A stretch of 64,000 nucleotides of DNA from Amoebophrya sp. A120 (GCA_905178155.1 CAJINV010000004.1:4071555-4135554); one strand, 5' to 3'. Shown: positions 11,701-25,413, numbered from the stretch's first letter. Made by a program: numbers and translations. Notes: generated by a model not told the origin, from the sequence alone.

Positions 11701-14700
11701 CACACAAACAACTTCAACTCGGTGGTGGAAAGAATCCACCCATTACAACAGCCGCTGGACAACAAGGTGGTGGTCCATCCTCCTCCCAAACGCTGTCGCA
11801 CAGCTCCTCGGCGAGCAGCTTGCTCCGTGTCTCCGCAACGACCTGGGGCACGCCACTGCTCGCTTCCCGAAGTCTCCAACTCGGTCCTACGCCGTTGCTC
11901 GACAGCCGGGGGAGTACTTGTAGTTCTGGGATAAATAAGCACTCGGCTTCTTCTGCGCAGGACCCTCTGGGATCCTTGTTCCGTGACTCGGCGGACCGAC
12001 TTAAGCAGATTGTCGTAGGAAACAATCCCAGCTCTGCGTCTAGTACGCCCATGCAAGAGGTTGAACAAAATCAGCTACAGCCTGCAAGAACTACTAGTGG
12101 CCTCACGCCCAACGCGAGCGACGTTCTTGTTCGGAAGAGCAATTCAGGATTGATTGCTTCTGGTTCCGGCGCAACTGGAACTGATTCATCTGCATTACAA
12201 CAGGAGGGAATTGTGGATGATCATGCTCAGATTCCCCTTGCCGAAAATGTCGTTGTGGTCTCTCTGCCACCTGAAAACAGCGAGACCGACCAGAATCTGT
12301 CTTCTTCGGCTGAAATAAGCTCGTCGTCTGGCGCGGGACCGTCAAAGAACGCGGTTGTGGAGACGAAAAAACAGTTTATGTACTACAACGACCGCTATAA
12401 TCCGCAATCTTACGCCTCGAATTACCCCAGGAGTGTCAATGGGACGCCTAGCGATGGACTGGTGACGGAGGTATGCTTTGGTAGTTCTAATGGACGATGA
12501 CTAGTGCAGCAGCTTCCCGTGGACTTCCTATTTTCAGTGGAGAAGATCAAGATTCATTCTGATTGCAGCTAGCCATGATATGATTGATTTGAACAAATAT
12601 AAAAAATCACGCAAGAATATAAACTTGAACGAAGATGATATTTTTTGAAACTACATCCAACGAACTCTAAGGGCTCGAAGGCTTCTGTGCAGACGCTCCC
12701 GAACGCCTCGAAAAACTCTGTTCAAACCATCGACCTGGCAAAGCCCGGCTCAAAGGACCACCAGGACCAGATTCTGATCGGGTCGTCCGGTGGTGTTTTG
12801 AAAGGTAGCAATGGCAGCTGCAGCACCACAACTGCGCAGCACCAGAACGCTATCGCCACGACACCTGCAGCTGCACTAGTGGGCGACAGTGCCGGTACAG
12901 CGACAGAAGTACCACAACACCCGACTAGCGAAAGTACGACCGCTACGTCGATTTACCGGCGGTTGTTAAACCAGCGAAAGCTTTCCGAGCACAGCGAAGA
13001 CGGAAGGATTTTGACAACGGCGGGGGCAGGAGGTATAGGTGTTGCAAATGCAGCTCCGCATCCAGTTGTTGCTCAAGGTCAAGGTCTGCAGCAAGCGAGT
13101 TATTTCAACGCCAACAACAACGTAGCGGGCGGCAGCAGTTCAAGTTCTTCGTTACTTCTGCCCAGTATTGGCACTCCAGCCGTGAATGCTGTGACCGCTT
13201 CGACAATGACAAATTTCGGCTCCGTTTCGGGCGTGATTGCAGCAACGTCCGTACAAGTGAAAAGACACAGCGCGGCGGCCGCAGCGGGTACTAGTGAGGT
13301 AGGATTTGTTGATCCGAACTCCATCCCATCGAAGCCAGTGAACAATACGCGAGTGCGAAAGCTGGTCGTGAATCCAACAGCAGAATTTGCAGTGCAGCAC
13401 GCTCCAAATGGTGGCGGAGGTTCATCGGCTTTCCCGGCCCCAACTATCGGACCCGTCGTTTCAGGAGGGGTAGTTGGTCCCGGTACAACAACTATGGCCG
13501 CACCAGCACCGGAAAACGTGGTAGTGTTGGGCTCGTCCGGATCAGCAACGTCATCCGCCTCATCTTCGCCATTCGTTGCCCATCCGGCTGCTCCTGGGGT
13601 GGCCGGCGCACCTACCGTTTTTGCCGCGGGAACGGCGCCCACGACCCAACCCGGCACAGCGCTTCTCGAGACCGAGGGCATGGAGTGGGTTGAGAAGAGC
13701 GCGACAGAGCCTACAGAAACAGTATAGATACGTCTGTCTTTTTTGCAATAGACGCTCGTCTTTCTTGCCCTGTTACAGTGGCGTAAAGGAATTGCAGTCA
13801 GCACTGTGATATTTTTGACATGACAAGAAGAATATAAATGGTGTACACCCGCCACACTTCTACCATCCAATTTGATCAGGAAGAAGAGGTGGAGGAGCGA
13901 AAACGCGCCAAGAAGATGGAGAAGATGGCCAAGAAGATGGAGGAGCTCCGCAAGCGCAAAGAACAGGAAGCGTTAGAACGGAAGCAACGCTGGGAACAGG
14001 AGCGGCGCGAGCGACAGCAGTCACGGAACATCAAACCGCAACAGCAGCAACCCACTCCCGTGGTCGTCCACGAGGGGTCGTCGAATAAGAGTGGTAGAAT
14101 CGCGCCTCGCAGCACGGAGCACATGAAGCCGGTACAGCATGGTCGAGGGACAGCGGTCGGAACGGCGAGTGGCACTTCAGGTGCCAATAAACCGTCCAAA
14201 GGAGGTAACGCATCGTCGAGTTCCGCCTCCACCACCGCACACCACCGTGGTGGAGTTGATAAAAATCTCTCAACGAAGCGCAACGTGGTATCATCGCCGA
14301 CCGAAGTTTTGGAGCAGTCCATGGCTTCCTCAACCACGGCGTTGGAGCAAAACAGCGGCACCGCGAGCAGCTCGACAGCTGGCTCGACTAGTGCTACAGC
14401 TGTGCACGTCGGTGGGCGAGTGCTCAGTAGCCAGGAAATCAAGGTACTTACAATCGTGTAGTTCTAGTTTTTCTTTTTGTTGCTCATCATCATATGGATA
14501 TCCATCGATGTGTTTGAAGAGATCACGGAAAATAGTTCTGACTGCATCTGCACCATCTCTATGGACAAAATTTATCACACACCAGCCCTCCAACATTCCT
14601 GCGCCCCCGGGTCGAAGCCCCATCATGAATAGCCGCAAGGACCTTCGCGGCAGTACTCAACTAGCTGCACCGTCGGAAAGCAAAACCCAACTCCTGACGA

Positions 14701-15329
14701 ATAAAACCTCCAATCCGCACCAAGCGAGCGCCAGTCGTCTTCACCAGCACCATCCGGTGAGCGACCGGCTTCTCGGCACCCCGACGCCCGTGCAAGTTGA
14801 TGTATCGCAGAACAGCGGCACCTCCCCCGCTGCGGAAGGACCAACACCTCCCGGGTCCACAACATCTGCACTTGCACAGCCGGACGACATCTCGCTGCGG
14901 AACCTGCTCCCCAAGCCCAACACCTACCCGGTGCCGAAGTGCAAGGAGAAGAGCAACCGGAAGCTGACGCGGAATGCCGTGCTGCTGCTGTTGCAGGGCG
15001 AGGCGTCGCGGTCGCTGCGCGAAACCGTGCTGGCGCAGATCGACGGGGTGCTGCAGGACGAGCGCTTCGTGATCGTGTTCCGCGGCATGCACAAGGGACG
15101 CCGGGACTTCCGCGCGCTGTACGCGCTGCGTGAGGGGCGCTGGGTGCGGGTCGCGCACCTGTTCCAGTGCCCGGCCTGCATCTCCGACGAGATGGTGGAG
15201 CGATACTACCGCTTCGACACGGGTGGGCGCACGTTCAAGGAAATCGAGGGCGCGTCGGAAATCTCCGGGGCCGTGGACGCTGTGTTCCTCAAGCCCGAGT
15301 TCCTGCCGAAAGCACGGAAAAATGCGTGA
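5701..15329 (+). CDS. CAMSAP/Patronin-like microtubule-binding protein (~2670 aa, mostly disordered, coiled coil, C-terminal CKK domain)
   Basis: C-terminus KSNRKLTRNAV...FVIVFR...DFRALY...MVERYYRFDTGGRTFKEI...AVDAV resembles the CKK domain. Model uses GT-AG introns 5961-6125, 7289-7553, 12471-12671 (acceptor uncertain), 13722-13879, 14444-14585 and elements at 6168, 6900, 7940; spliced length 8004 nt, in frame. Confidence 0.8.
6168..6279. mobile_element. Introner-like MITE, family G (shortest, 112 bp)
   Basis: TIR TATCCAGGAAAAAACA/TGTTTTTTCCTGGATA; TSD AACCG; removing 117 nt gives SAWPN-RSSSAHD. Confidence 0.93.
6900..7138. mobile_element. Introner-like MITE, family C
   Basis: TIR TATGGCGTTCTCAACTGTTACA.../...TGTAACGTTTGAGAATGCAATA; TSD TGCAA; removing 244 nt gives RECN-SPDLR. 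Confidence 0.95.
7940..8267. mobile_element. Introner-like MITE, family C (long variant, 328 bp)
   Basis: TIR TATGGCGTTCTCAACTGTTACATTCTCAA/TTGAGAATGTAACACTTGAGAGCCCCATA; TSD CTGTC; removing 333 nt joins ORF 7458 to ORF 8340. Confidence 0.95.
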
Positions 15330-15759
15330 GCATGTTGGCCGTCGAGTGGAATGTTGGGAAAACGGGGGCGCTGGAGCGAGTTGGTCCTCGGGCCGGCTCC
15401 GGGGGCTGCAAACGAATAGTTCACGAAGCTGTGAAGAGATGATTCCCGACATAGTCCACGCACGAGTTGTACGTGATGTTGGAAAGATGAGGAAGGGGCC
15501 TGCGCCTGACACCACCAGAGCGGAATGATAAGGATTTGGCAAAGATACAGAGAAGAAATAATTGAGGATTGAACCAATAAAAACTTGCTTTGCGAGGATA
15601 GAACAAGTCAGCGAAAAGATATCCCGCCAACCGCTGCGGTGCAAGCAGGATTCATAAATTCGAACGAATGTCGCCGGATGTTTTCGCCTTCGGTGACTGA
15701 TACGCGACTTCGCGCACAGCTGTGTTCGAAGTTGAATGCCGGCTGTCTTTTGCAGCGGG

Positions 15760-17300
15760 ACGGCCCCGCACCGTGGTGAAGCATTGAGCACGTCGGCCAC
15801 GGCAAAACTACAAGACGAGCGCCGTAGCAAGTTGGCGACCCCCTCGCCCATGTTCTCCGGCGCCGCGCCAATGTTTGCCGGGGCGAGCCGGAAGCGCGGC
15901 GCTGGCCCGTGGTTCACAGGCCGCCCAAGTCGCCGCCCACCAAGACCGGCCCGGCGCTTCCGCTGCTAGCCCGCTGCGAAATGTATTCGGATGGACCCCG
16001 GCGTCGCGGCGAAATTCCCTGCCTGGAGGCAGGAGGGGCGCGCCCCTGTCGGTGCGCAAGACAGCCACCCCCTTCGGGGGCGAGGGGTGGGCCGCCGAAT
16101 TGCTGCGGCAGCCGGTGGGTGTTGTAGGGCGCTTTCCATTCGGCCGGCCATCCCCCACGATGGGCCGGGAGCGCCTGAAACTGCTGGGGCTGCATCATAC
16201 GAAAGAAGCCTGCGCGGGCATGACATCGACAGAGGGCCCGCACCTCCCGAACATCGCCGGGCTAGCTTGCTTCCTTGACCCCAGTCCCTGACTGATTAGA
16301 CGGCCAGGCGGGCCGACGAAGGCTTCGGGAGCTGCGAAACGGAAGCGCGCGAAGAATAGCAGGACCGCGCGCGTGGCTGTTGTCCTGGGCCCGACGGCGG
16401 CGGCAGGTAGAAAAGCAGCGCGCCCGGCGGCTCTTTGTGCTGCCCACGGACGGGTGGGGGTTTAAGGGCGGTGGGGCCAGGTGGACGCCGGAAAACGCCC
16501 GCCATTCATGATTCAGGCCTGGCCGCCCGAAGTCCCAAGCTAGCACGCAGGGCCGCGCCAAGGGGCAGGCACCGCGGGCAGGCCCTTGGGATTGCGGTCG
16601 GAGCCGGATGCGGATCGCGATCCGGAATCGCGCAAGCGGTGGGAGCGGCCCGCGCCGTTCTTCACGGGCCGCCCGCCCGGCCCCCCGACTTCCGGCGGCG
16701 TGGTTTGGCAACTGCGACGCCTGGCACGCAAGCCAGCAGCGCCGTCGGGCGCCTGGGGCGCGAGTGGTTTGCCGCCGCCCCGGCGGCCCGGGCGGGCGGC
16801 CACCGGGCCCATAGGTGCGGGCAAATATCTGAGGAAGGGGGGGCCGGCGCTTCGCCGGAATTTCTGCAGCCGACGCCTATAAAAAAAGCGGGCGCGCGGG
16901 CCTGGATGAGTCGCAGCAAGGCCGCGCCGCGGGCGCCTACCTAGCCCTCGGCCCTTCGTTCCGCGCGCTGGGCGGTTTTCCCCGGTGCCTGTTTTCGCTA
17001 TTTGCCGGGGCCCCCCCAGTTGGTTCCCTGCCTGTGTTCTTTCCTGAACCAGCGCGCACGGTGCGGCGCGCTTTGGCAGGTGTGTTGTCAGCCTTGCCCG
17101 CTTGCCCGCGCGCGCGCCCGGGCAAGCTGCGCCCCCCGGCCGGCGGGCCGGACGGAGTGTAGCTTGCTGGCAGCCCCGAACGAAGCAGCCCCCCGGGGGT
17201 GGGTTTTGGCCGGTCCGCCCGGGCTCGGCGGCCGGGGGCGCGGCCCGGTTTCGGTAGGCCCAGTCCCCCGAATGACTCTTCACGGACGCGGCTTTGATTG
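15760..17300. other. Very GC-rich intergenic island with short hairpins; probable repeat or TE remnant
   Basis: Abrupt compositional shift to GC-rich sequence; only R/P/G/A-rich shadow ORFs; local palindromes such as GGATCGCGATCC and GCTTGCCCG..CGGGCAAGC. Boundaries are approximate. Confidence 0.45.
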
Positions 17301-17659
17301 GTTAAGCGCCCACTCATACGAAGAATATTTCTAAAGCAATAAGTGGGGGAGCTGCGAACGCGACGCCGCTAGTTGCGTCGCTATCTATCCTTCCATCAGG
17401 GTCGTGCCCCGCCTCGGCGCGGGCGTTGGCGCTCTCCTTATTTATGAGTTCGGCCGCCGGACCCTCTTGTGTTCCCGTATCTATGTTGTGCTTGTGTTTG
17501 TGTTGAAGAGTATTTTGCTAGCGTGGCGCGGCTTGCTCATCCGGGCGACGCAGTTTTCCTACATGAGAGCGCACGTGCGTGTATCGAGTGCCAGTGTGAA
17601 CAACCCAAAATCAAAACGAAGCGTCAGAGAAAGTAAGGGGCAGGTCTGAGCAGTAAACC

Positions 17660-18337
17660 ATGACGCTCTTATGTCATCCCACGACTCTGGCGCTCGCGTT
17701 CCGGGTGTCTACTCAACTACTCATACTCACTGCAATAGGTTCGTCTCTTGTAGTTGCGGCTGCGTCGACAACTACATCACATTCGCAGAGCACAATCGCA
17801 GATGCTGACGAGACCCACCCCCGTGGACAATTCGATGAACCGACGGGGAACTACGTCCATGATCACAGACAGCGAGCAAGCTCCACCCCCAATGGTCGTG
17901 TAGCACCTTCCCATGGCAGGACTCGCACACTAGGCACAGCTCCCGACGCTACACCAGCTTCCGACACAACACCCTCCTCTGCGCTCCAGCTCCAGTCGGA
18001 GGCCGGTGCCAAGACGAAGGAGGAGCTGACCAAGTTGGTGGACAAGCAGGACAAGGAATTTCGCGACGGTTTGAAGAAATCCATTGACCTCGTGAAGGCC
18101 AGCGAGGAGGCCCGCGACGGGCTGGGCGCCGAGGTCGGACTGTACGTGCGGCTCGCCGACGTGCTTCGGACAGAGCTGCTGGAATTTGTGTCCGAGGGAA
18201 GGCGAGACTTGTTCCGAATGGAAGAATCCTTGACACTGTTCTCCAAGCACATCGAACGGCATATGGACCGGAATTTTTACGAACCGCCAGCAAATTACGG
18301 CGAGTTCTTCTTCCCTAGGTTCGGGGGAGACAGCTAG
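17660..18337 (+). CDS. Hypothetical secreted protein (225 aa), helical C-terminal half
   Basis: Intronless ORF with hydrophobic N-terminus (LLILTAIGSSLVVAAA) and coding-like GC3 bias. Confidence 0.7.
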   Translation: MTLLCHPTTLALAFRVSTQLLILTAIGSSLVVAAASTTTSHSQSTIADADETHPRGQFDEPTGNYVHDHRQRASSTPNGRVAPSHGRTRTLGTAPDATPASDTTPSSALQLQSEAGAKTKEELTKLVDKQDKEFRDGLKKSIDLVKASEEARDGLGAEVGLYVRLADVLRTELLEFVSEGRRDLFRMEESLTLFSKHIERHMDRNFYEPPANYGEFFFPRFGGDS

Positions 18338-18872
18338 TTTTGATGTGACGCAAGGCTGTAGTGCCTGTGCCTCCTCCTCCTGTCTGTGTTGGGGCAGAAT
18401 CTTTTCAGTATTTCATTATCTGGAAGAGAACGACCTTGATGCTTTTGCTCATGCAGCTTGGATTATTCCGACTAGGTTTTCGCAACAAATTTATATTTAA
18501 GTAACCTGCTCATCGTTCTGTCATCTCGGTGTTCAAAAGCAAAACAGTGATAAGATTCTTGGTCAACCTCCTCAACGTGTAGTTGTGATTTACACATCAC
18601 AGAGAGACGAAAGAACGGAGGAAAGCGTCCTCGTCGTTGGTGACGACGTCGACCGTGGACGTTTGTACAACTCTTCGCTGTTTAAATAGAGCACTACCTA
18701 GCTGGTCTTCATGGCGAAAGCCATTCACACCACGGACAATTTAACTACGAGCACTGAGTTTCCTACTTTGGCTTTCTTCGTCTTGATCACAAGTTGTGCA
18801 TTTCTCGGTCGTATTTTTAGCTGCAACTAGTTGTACTTGTTTCTGCACCAAGTTTACGATGTTTATTGCGCA

Positions 18873-21800
18873 ATGTCTCCGGTAAGAGCGGCTGCCGCTA
18901 GTGCTTACGGGCAGGTGGAGAGTTTGACTTTTGAGTCTGCTGGTGGAACAGGTAGTTTGAGCACGGCTGGTAACTACCCGGCGGTCGCAGAGCACTACAT
19001 GGTGGACAACTACTATAGCGCAAGCGCTGGATCTCCTCCTGTCGGCGCTGTAGTTGCGACCGGCACGCCAAATGTTCCCGACGCCGACCCGAAATGGATT
19101 CAGTACTTGGAGCAGGGGATCCACATTCTGAGCGAAAAATGGAATGAGTATGGGAACGCGGTCGCGGCGCGAATCAACGACGCCGCGGATGTGGTTGGAA
19201 CTGGTGCTGTGCATAGTCCTGGCAACATCGGACCACCTCCTGCTGGTGATGCACAGCACAAAGACCGGGGTAGTTCAACATCATCCTCAGGTCGCGGCGC
19301 TACCAATTCCGCGTCGTCCGAAGAGGCTCTGCCAGGCCATCTCTTGGTATAGAAGAGGACAAAGTTCAAGTTCTTGAATTACTTTGAATTTTTGCAATAT
19401 GAATATTCTTTGCAACTCGACGACCACGTCCACCACCCTCTAGACATCTTCAAGAATTCAGAGATGATACACCTGACACTCAATCGAGCTGAGGAGGCAA
19501 AAATGATATAGCAAGTGGAATGAAAAAAACCATCTCAGCGGTGTCGATCAGTGTCTACCCCACTACTTCATCTCAGGACCCCTGCGTCGCTGCGTATGCC
19601 GACCGAGCGAGGCTTCTCGCGGACCGCACCGCCGAATTCTTATGAATTGCAAAAGCATCGTACTAGTATAAATTGCATTACAAATTGGCCCAGCATTAAA
19701 AATCGAATTTCTAATGCTGATTTGAATTGAGAAAGAGATTTGTAATGCATAAATGCAATTAGTATGAGTACGATACTTTTGCACAGGATAATTCTGTGCA
19801 CAGACCAATGGGCAACGGGAGCTGCTCCAGGCGGAAAAGAACCGCGAGCGACAGAGGTACGAAGGGGAACAGGAGAAATATCAGGTAAAGTAGTTCGTTC
19901 TTTTTGGTGCATCATGCTTGGCAAATTTTTCCGATGACGGAGCCGAGCCGCAGGAGATCAGCATACCACCACGAAAATCTACCAAGAAAATACGTCTACT
20001 AGAAGATGAATGTGAATCACAATTCACGCATGATGCTCAACGTCAACAGGTCGCCATGGCGGATTTGGAGAGCCAAATCAACAAAGAGTGGGCGAGGTAC
20101 GTGGAACAAATGGAAAAAGGACAGTTGGAACAAGAGCAGCATAAATCTTCCTCCTCCACCTCCAAACCGCCCGGTGCGGGCAAGGAAGACCCTCGGGCTC
20201 TTGACCAGGAAACGGAGCTGCCAGATCAGGAAGACGACCAAGACAATTTCGACGATTCCACCTCAAGTGAGGATCACGACCACTTGGATTTTTCCGCAAA
20301 CAGCTCGTCCGACGGGGGCAGTCCCAGTGAGGAAAATGATAGCGCTGAAACTTCCTCTCCGCTCCCCGTTGCCGAGCTGAAAAAGCGGCAGAACGAGCTG
20401 CTGCTCCGGTTGAAATACGAGTACCAGCGGAAACACCGGGATCTGGAAGATTTGAAGGATACCGTGCTGCGTCGGGAGATCTGCATGACGAACATTTTGA
20501 CAAGGATCAGCGAAAATGACGCGGCGCTGTACCAGAAAGGGTTTCAGGCAAACGAGATGGGGTGCTACGTGTCCATATGCAATACAAATTTCCCGTGCAT
20601 GTACTACAGGATGCAGCACAATTTCACCAACTTCGAAGAAGCAACCTGTCATGCTGAAGAGCTTTGAAGCAAAAGCTTGTCATGTGGAAGCTACAATCAT
20701 CGTACGTCTACGTCGTGTGCGGGTTGAAATTTACTGTGGATAGTCCACCCACCCATCCATGACGGCTACGCAGGACCAGGAAATGCGGAAGGGGCACTGT
20801 CAACTAGAAGATTTGCTGCTGGAAATCGGACAGAAACGGGAGTCGCTCCGGTTGAAGGAAGAGCACATCGGGTTTCTGCAGGAGGATACGGTTTCTTTAT
20901 TTTCATATAGATTTCAGCCTCCGTTTTATTTGGTTTTTTCGCTACACTTATGGAAGTTTTTGCTCCATGGTTTGACGGAAAAATCATGTACGAGCAGCAA
21001 ATTCCATTCATCGCTCTACACAAACTTATCAATATGCAGGCACGGCTGAAGGAGCTTCGTCAATGGGTGGATGCCGAGTGGGAAAGAAGACAAAGGGACA
21101 CTGGCGTGGAGGCGGGTATGCAGACGGATTGGAGCTGGGAACAAATCAAAAACGATTTTGAGGACCTAGCTGGACCAAATACAGTGCAGAGTGCGACACC
21201 CAAGCGCACCGCGCCGAATTTCGCAGGAAGTGTGCACGCAGGTATTTTTACGTTATTGCTACAGCTTCAAAATTAAACTAAAACAAACCATGATTGAAAG
21301 GAACTACAGATGACAGCACGGCAAAAGACTGTAATCGTATGTCACGAAGTCGAAGGGCAGGAAGAGGAATAAAAAATGAAAATTCAGCTGGACACACTTC
21401 GCCGTCGCCATCAGGAGCTCGTGGTGTGCGCGGAAGGCAATCTAGTTCGGGGGGCGTCCAGCGGTCCTATGACTTCACGCCGACCGATCGTCGCAGCCGC
21501 GCGTCAGTGGTACATGCAGATGTTGCTGGTAGGCCGATAAACTTCATGACCCTTTGATGTTGATTCGTTTTGCATGCTCTCAAACAAGAATAGTATATTT
21601 TCAGTTTTCAAAGTTCTCTTCACACGGTACATCATACAGAACGGCACTCCGCCCGTCCGCACTTCCAGTGGAGCTGCAACCTCAAGCAACCAGCAACCTC
21701 CTCCCCCGGGAACAGCTGGTCCGCCCACGCGAAGTTCCATGCCCGGTAGCGCGCGGGGAACCGCGACGAACCGCGGACAGAGCTTTTCCCGTGCCCCGGT

Positions 21801-23709
21801 GACCCGCAACCAGCAGGGGATCGCGGCGCCCAAGCGGAAGCGAAACGAGAAAACCCTTTCGAGCCCGGAGAAAAGCAAGATCAGCTCCAAGGTTGCAAGT
21901 ACCTTGGCCGGCCTGCAGAGCAAAAGCGCGGCAATAGCGAACATTGGGGGAGGCGGTCCTTTGCCCAGTAACACCGGCGCACCAACAGCACCAGTCGGCA
22001 AGGCGGCGTCGACATCATCTTCATCGGCGGGGGTGAAGAATTATAATGATCCCCAGCAGCAGCTGTCTGTGACCGAACAGCACGTGGCGTTTGCGACCGC
22101 AAGCCTGCGCAAGCGGATCCAAAACCCGGGCAGTGGATCGTTTGACCGGTCAAGTGGTACGACGGGAAATAACCCGAATGCACCAATCCGCGGATCAAGG
22201 CAGGTCAAAGTTACTGGTGGCGGCGCAACATCTTCAAATAACCCGTCTCTACTAGGAGCATCATCCACGACCATCGCAGGAGCAGCTCCCAACACGAAGC
22301 AAGCTGCGGCCTGGCTGCAGAACAACATGGTGCCCGGACTGGTGTCCACCTCTGGAAACGTGTCTGCGCCTGTACCGGGTGCCGCGGGATCTGCTACCGG
22401 CATGGTTCCGCCTGTGTCTTCCTCTAGCTCCTCCTCTTCATCCCGACGAAATAAACCGATCAACACCCGCGGCTCCACCGCGCGTCGCGGTTCGCAGGAG
22501 CCGCCGGCTGTCGTGAGAGGTACTAGTAGTGCCGGCGGCCCGAAGAGTTCAATTAGTGGCTCTGGTTCCATTCGCGGCGGGGTGCGCGGAGCGACGACGA
22601 CAAACGCGCCAAATTTGCATCAAGTAGGGGCCTACCGAGGATCGACAAATACTAGTGACGGCAGCAAACAAACCCATACCCAAGCGGGACGGGGGAATCC
22701 TGGCGGGTCGACCAGGAGTACCGCTAGTGCAGCAGCGACGGGAACAGCAGCTGCTACACGGGAAAGACTACAACCGCCTCGTCGTGGCGATCTGTTTGCG
22801 ACCGCGACGTTTGGGACGGCGCATACAACAGGAACATCAGTAGACGAAATGCTTGATGTAAATAACGAGGAGCTTCTGTCCAACCCGCCGTCGTTCGACG
22901 ACCAGCCGCTGGAGGGCAACTTTCTCTCGGACGACGATGGCTCAGACGGGGACCCGAGGATTCAGGACATTCCGAAACGGCGCGGCGTGCTGGACGACGA
23001 ACTCATGTTCGCCGCTGGGGGAGGGGGGACGACGACGACGGCGAACTTCGGGAACAATACCAGCAGCGTCCTCGCGTCCCCGCCTGTTGGAGGAGGTAAT
23101 GCAACCACGACGACACCTAGTCAGCACCAGCCGCAGATTCTTGTCGGCGGAACTGCAGCGAAGAACAAGATTTCTCTAACCGCCGTGGGTGCGCCGACGA
23201 TGTTGCACCGGACCAACTCGCATGGCCTAAACGCAGCGGATTGCCGACCGCCGGCGGCGTCGAGTAGCAGTCCTGTTGGAGGTGCAGCTGGAAATAATAG
23301 CAGCGGTGCCAGATCCACTTCGCCCGCGTTTGGAGTGCAGGTGGAAGACGGCGATCGCAAGGTGGCTGAGCATCTGGCCAGCGCGGGGCCCGGCGGGGAA
23401 AGTGCTGGGGGCGGAAAGGTAGAAATTTGGATTGCGTGCTGTCGTGTTTGACCTTGAATCATGCTCCAAAATCGGACCACTACGTAGGAAAATGAAACTC
23501 TGTGTGCTGACTCATGATCTCGAGATACATAGTACTGACCTACTTTGTTTTGCAAAATCAAAAGCAAGCTACCGCGCCATCAGGTCGATCGCAACTCGGG
23601 ATTCAACGGGCTCGCAGGAGCGGTTAGTCCGAAGCGTCCCGGGGTTCCTCAGAACTCGGAAAATCGCATGCGCGAAAGGACAAATAAGGTTCGAACCTCT
23701 CGAGGATGA
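18873..23709 (+). CDS. Hypothetical coiled-coil / low-complexity protein (~1230 aa)
   Basis: Joined in frame through GT-AG introns 19347-19576, 19885-19953, 20891-21039, 21242-21309, 21510-21639, 23419-23583 and elements at 19641 and 20576. Start and some junctions are tentative. Confidence 0.6.
19641..19790. mobile_element. Introner-like MITE, family D
   Basis: TIR TATGAATTGCAAAAGCATCGTACT/AGTACGATACTTTTGCACAGGATA; TSD ATTCT; removing 155 nt gives TAEF-CAQTN. Confidence 0.93.
20576..20742. mobile_element. Introner-like MITE, family F
   Basis: Ends TATGCAATACAAATTTCCCGTGC / GCGGGTTGAAATTTACTGTGGATA; TSD GTCCA; removing 172 nt joins ORF 19918 to ORF 20759. Confidence 0.88.
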
Positions 23710-24450
23710 GGGGAATGTAGGAACGAAGTACAGACGAATTAAGGATGTGGAGACATAAAAAACGTCCGAGTCCGCGGGCTGTGTATTTCGAAGAATAACA
23801 AGATCAAGAATACACAATACGATGCAGCATATGTTTTATCATCTAGCACAAGAATCGCGAACTAGCAAGAACTGGTGTGATGGAAGATGTTGTTCTTGTA
23901 AATTTCAAGCGAGTCCCACAAGTTCTCGTTGGAAAACTGCAAGGGTCATCATTTCTCTAACGCAGGAACGCGCGCCTCACGGTCACGATTCACAGATCAA
24001 GATCAAACGCGAAGAAACTTGTCTAGATCATCCTGCTCCATCCGTACTAGTTGTATAGCACGTCGCAGTCGCTTTCTGATTCTGGCGGTGCGAGTACTGC
24101 ACATGCACTTCACCTGCGATCCAAGAGGATTTTCCTGCCCAAAAAGCACATATTTATGTTTGTCCATGAACAACCGACGCAAAAAAAACTACAGTCATTT
24201 GATTCGCACCATCAAAATCCTCAAAATTTTGTATAATTTTCAAATTGCTTTTGCCGTAATAAAAATCACCTGTTTCGTTTTGTATTTGAGAAGTTTGCAG
24301 CTCTCAACACCTCTGGCTAGCAGCAGTTGCTGACCTGCTTTACATTCATCTAGCACCTGCAAAATTCATTAGCACCAACACTGATCGTATCTATACTAAG
24401 TCTGACATCGATCTTCACTTCTCTCTGAATAAACAAACAGAAAATAGAAC

Positions 24451-25413
24451 ATGAAGATGAAATCCATGACAACAACGGTCCTGGGTGCCTTCACCCTTTT
24501 AGCATACGACATTGCTCTCCCCGTGGCTGGTGTGCGTGCATCTTGGGGTCGGGCGAGGACAACTTCTGCCACTGACGGGCAACACCAACCCCGCCAGGGG
24601 TCGCAGAACTCAGGCGCTTTGAGTGCGAAGCCAGTTGACGATGAAGAGCCTACCGCTGATGCCCTTATGCGCGGCGCGTCGACCTCGAAGCCAGTTGACG
24701 ATGATGAAGATGAACCTCAACCTACCGATGGTGTCCTTACGCAGGGTGAAGACTCCAACATGCATTTGCCTCCGCCCGCGGTCCCGTTTCTAAAGACGAC
24801 GGATCAGCTTCGTCCTCGCGACGGAAACGGCGAGGAGCGCTCGTGTACGGCGCTGTCGTGGTTTGCAGAGCTTCTCGGGTCCTGTGGGGGACGTGGGAAA
24901 CGTGAGACCTTCGACATGACCGCGGAAGACGAGCGCAAAGAGGAAGAAAACCACAAAACGGAGGCTCTGCGCGAGCTGGCGGAAGAAATTTACGGGCGAA
25001 ACTACCTGCCCGAAAACGTGGAGGAACTCCGTCAAAGGCTCCGCGCGCTCGCTTCTGCACCGAGTCCATCCTACTTCTATAACTTGGATGAAGAGGAGAA
25101 AGAAGACGCGGATCATGCAAATAAAGCGGCCCCCGATGATAGGAAATGCGATGACGAGTTCTTCCCGGCGGAGATGGCAACTCTACCATCACAGGTCGTG
25201 CAGGGCCGCACGATATTCAAAACAGATGCATCAGAACAACAAGGGCGGAGGACTGACAACCTCGGCAAGATGATTGATGTCCTGCGCAATGAGCACTCGG
25301 TAGAAGACTCCACCCCCGCGACTGGTAGTGGCGCAAGCAGCACTGCCTCCGACGATCCAGTGAGTTCTCGGCCGAACACGCCGGCGAGCTTTCTTCACGC
25401 TTTGGATCGCTGA
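24451..25413 (+). CDS. Hypothetical secreted acidic protein (320 aa)
   Basis: Intronless ORF; signal-peptide-like N-terminus ending PVAGVRA; internal SxKPVDD(D)E duplication; C..LSWFAELLGSC motif. Confidence 0.75.
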   Translation: MKMKSMTTTVLGAFTLLAYDIALPVAGVRASWGRARTTSATDGQHQPRQGSQNSGALSAKPVDDEEPTADALMRGASTSKPVDDDEDEPQPTDGVLTQGEDSNMHLPPPAVPFLKTTDQLRPRDGNGEERSCTALSWFAELLGSCGGRGKRETFDMTAEDERKEEENHKTEALRELAEEIYGRNYLPENVEELRQRLRALASAPSPSYFYNLDEEEKEDADHANKAAPDDRKCDDEFFPAEMATLPSQVVQGRTIFKTDASEQQGRRTDNLGKMIDVLRNEHSVEDSTPATGSGASSTASDDPVSSRPNTPASFLHALDR

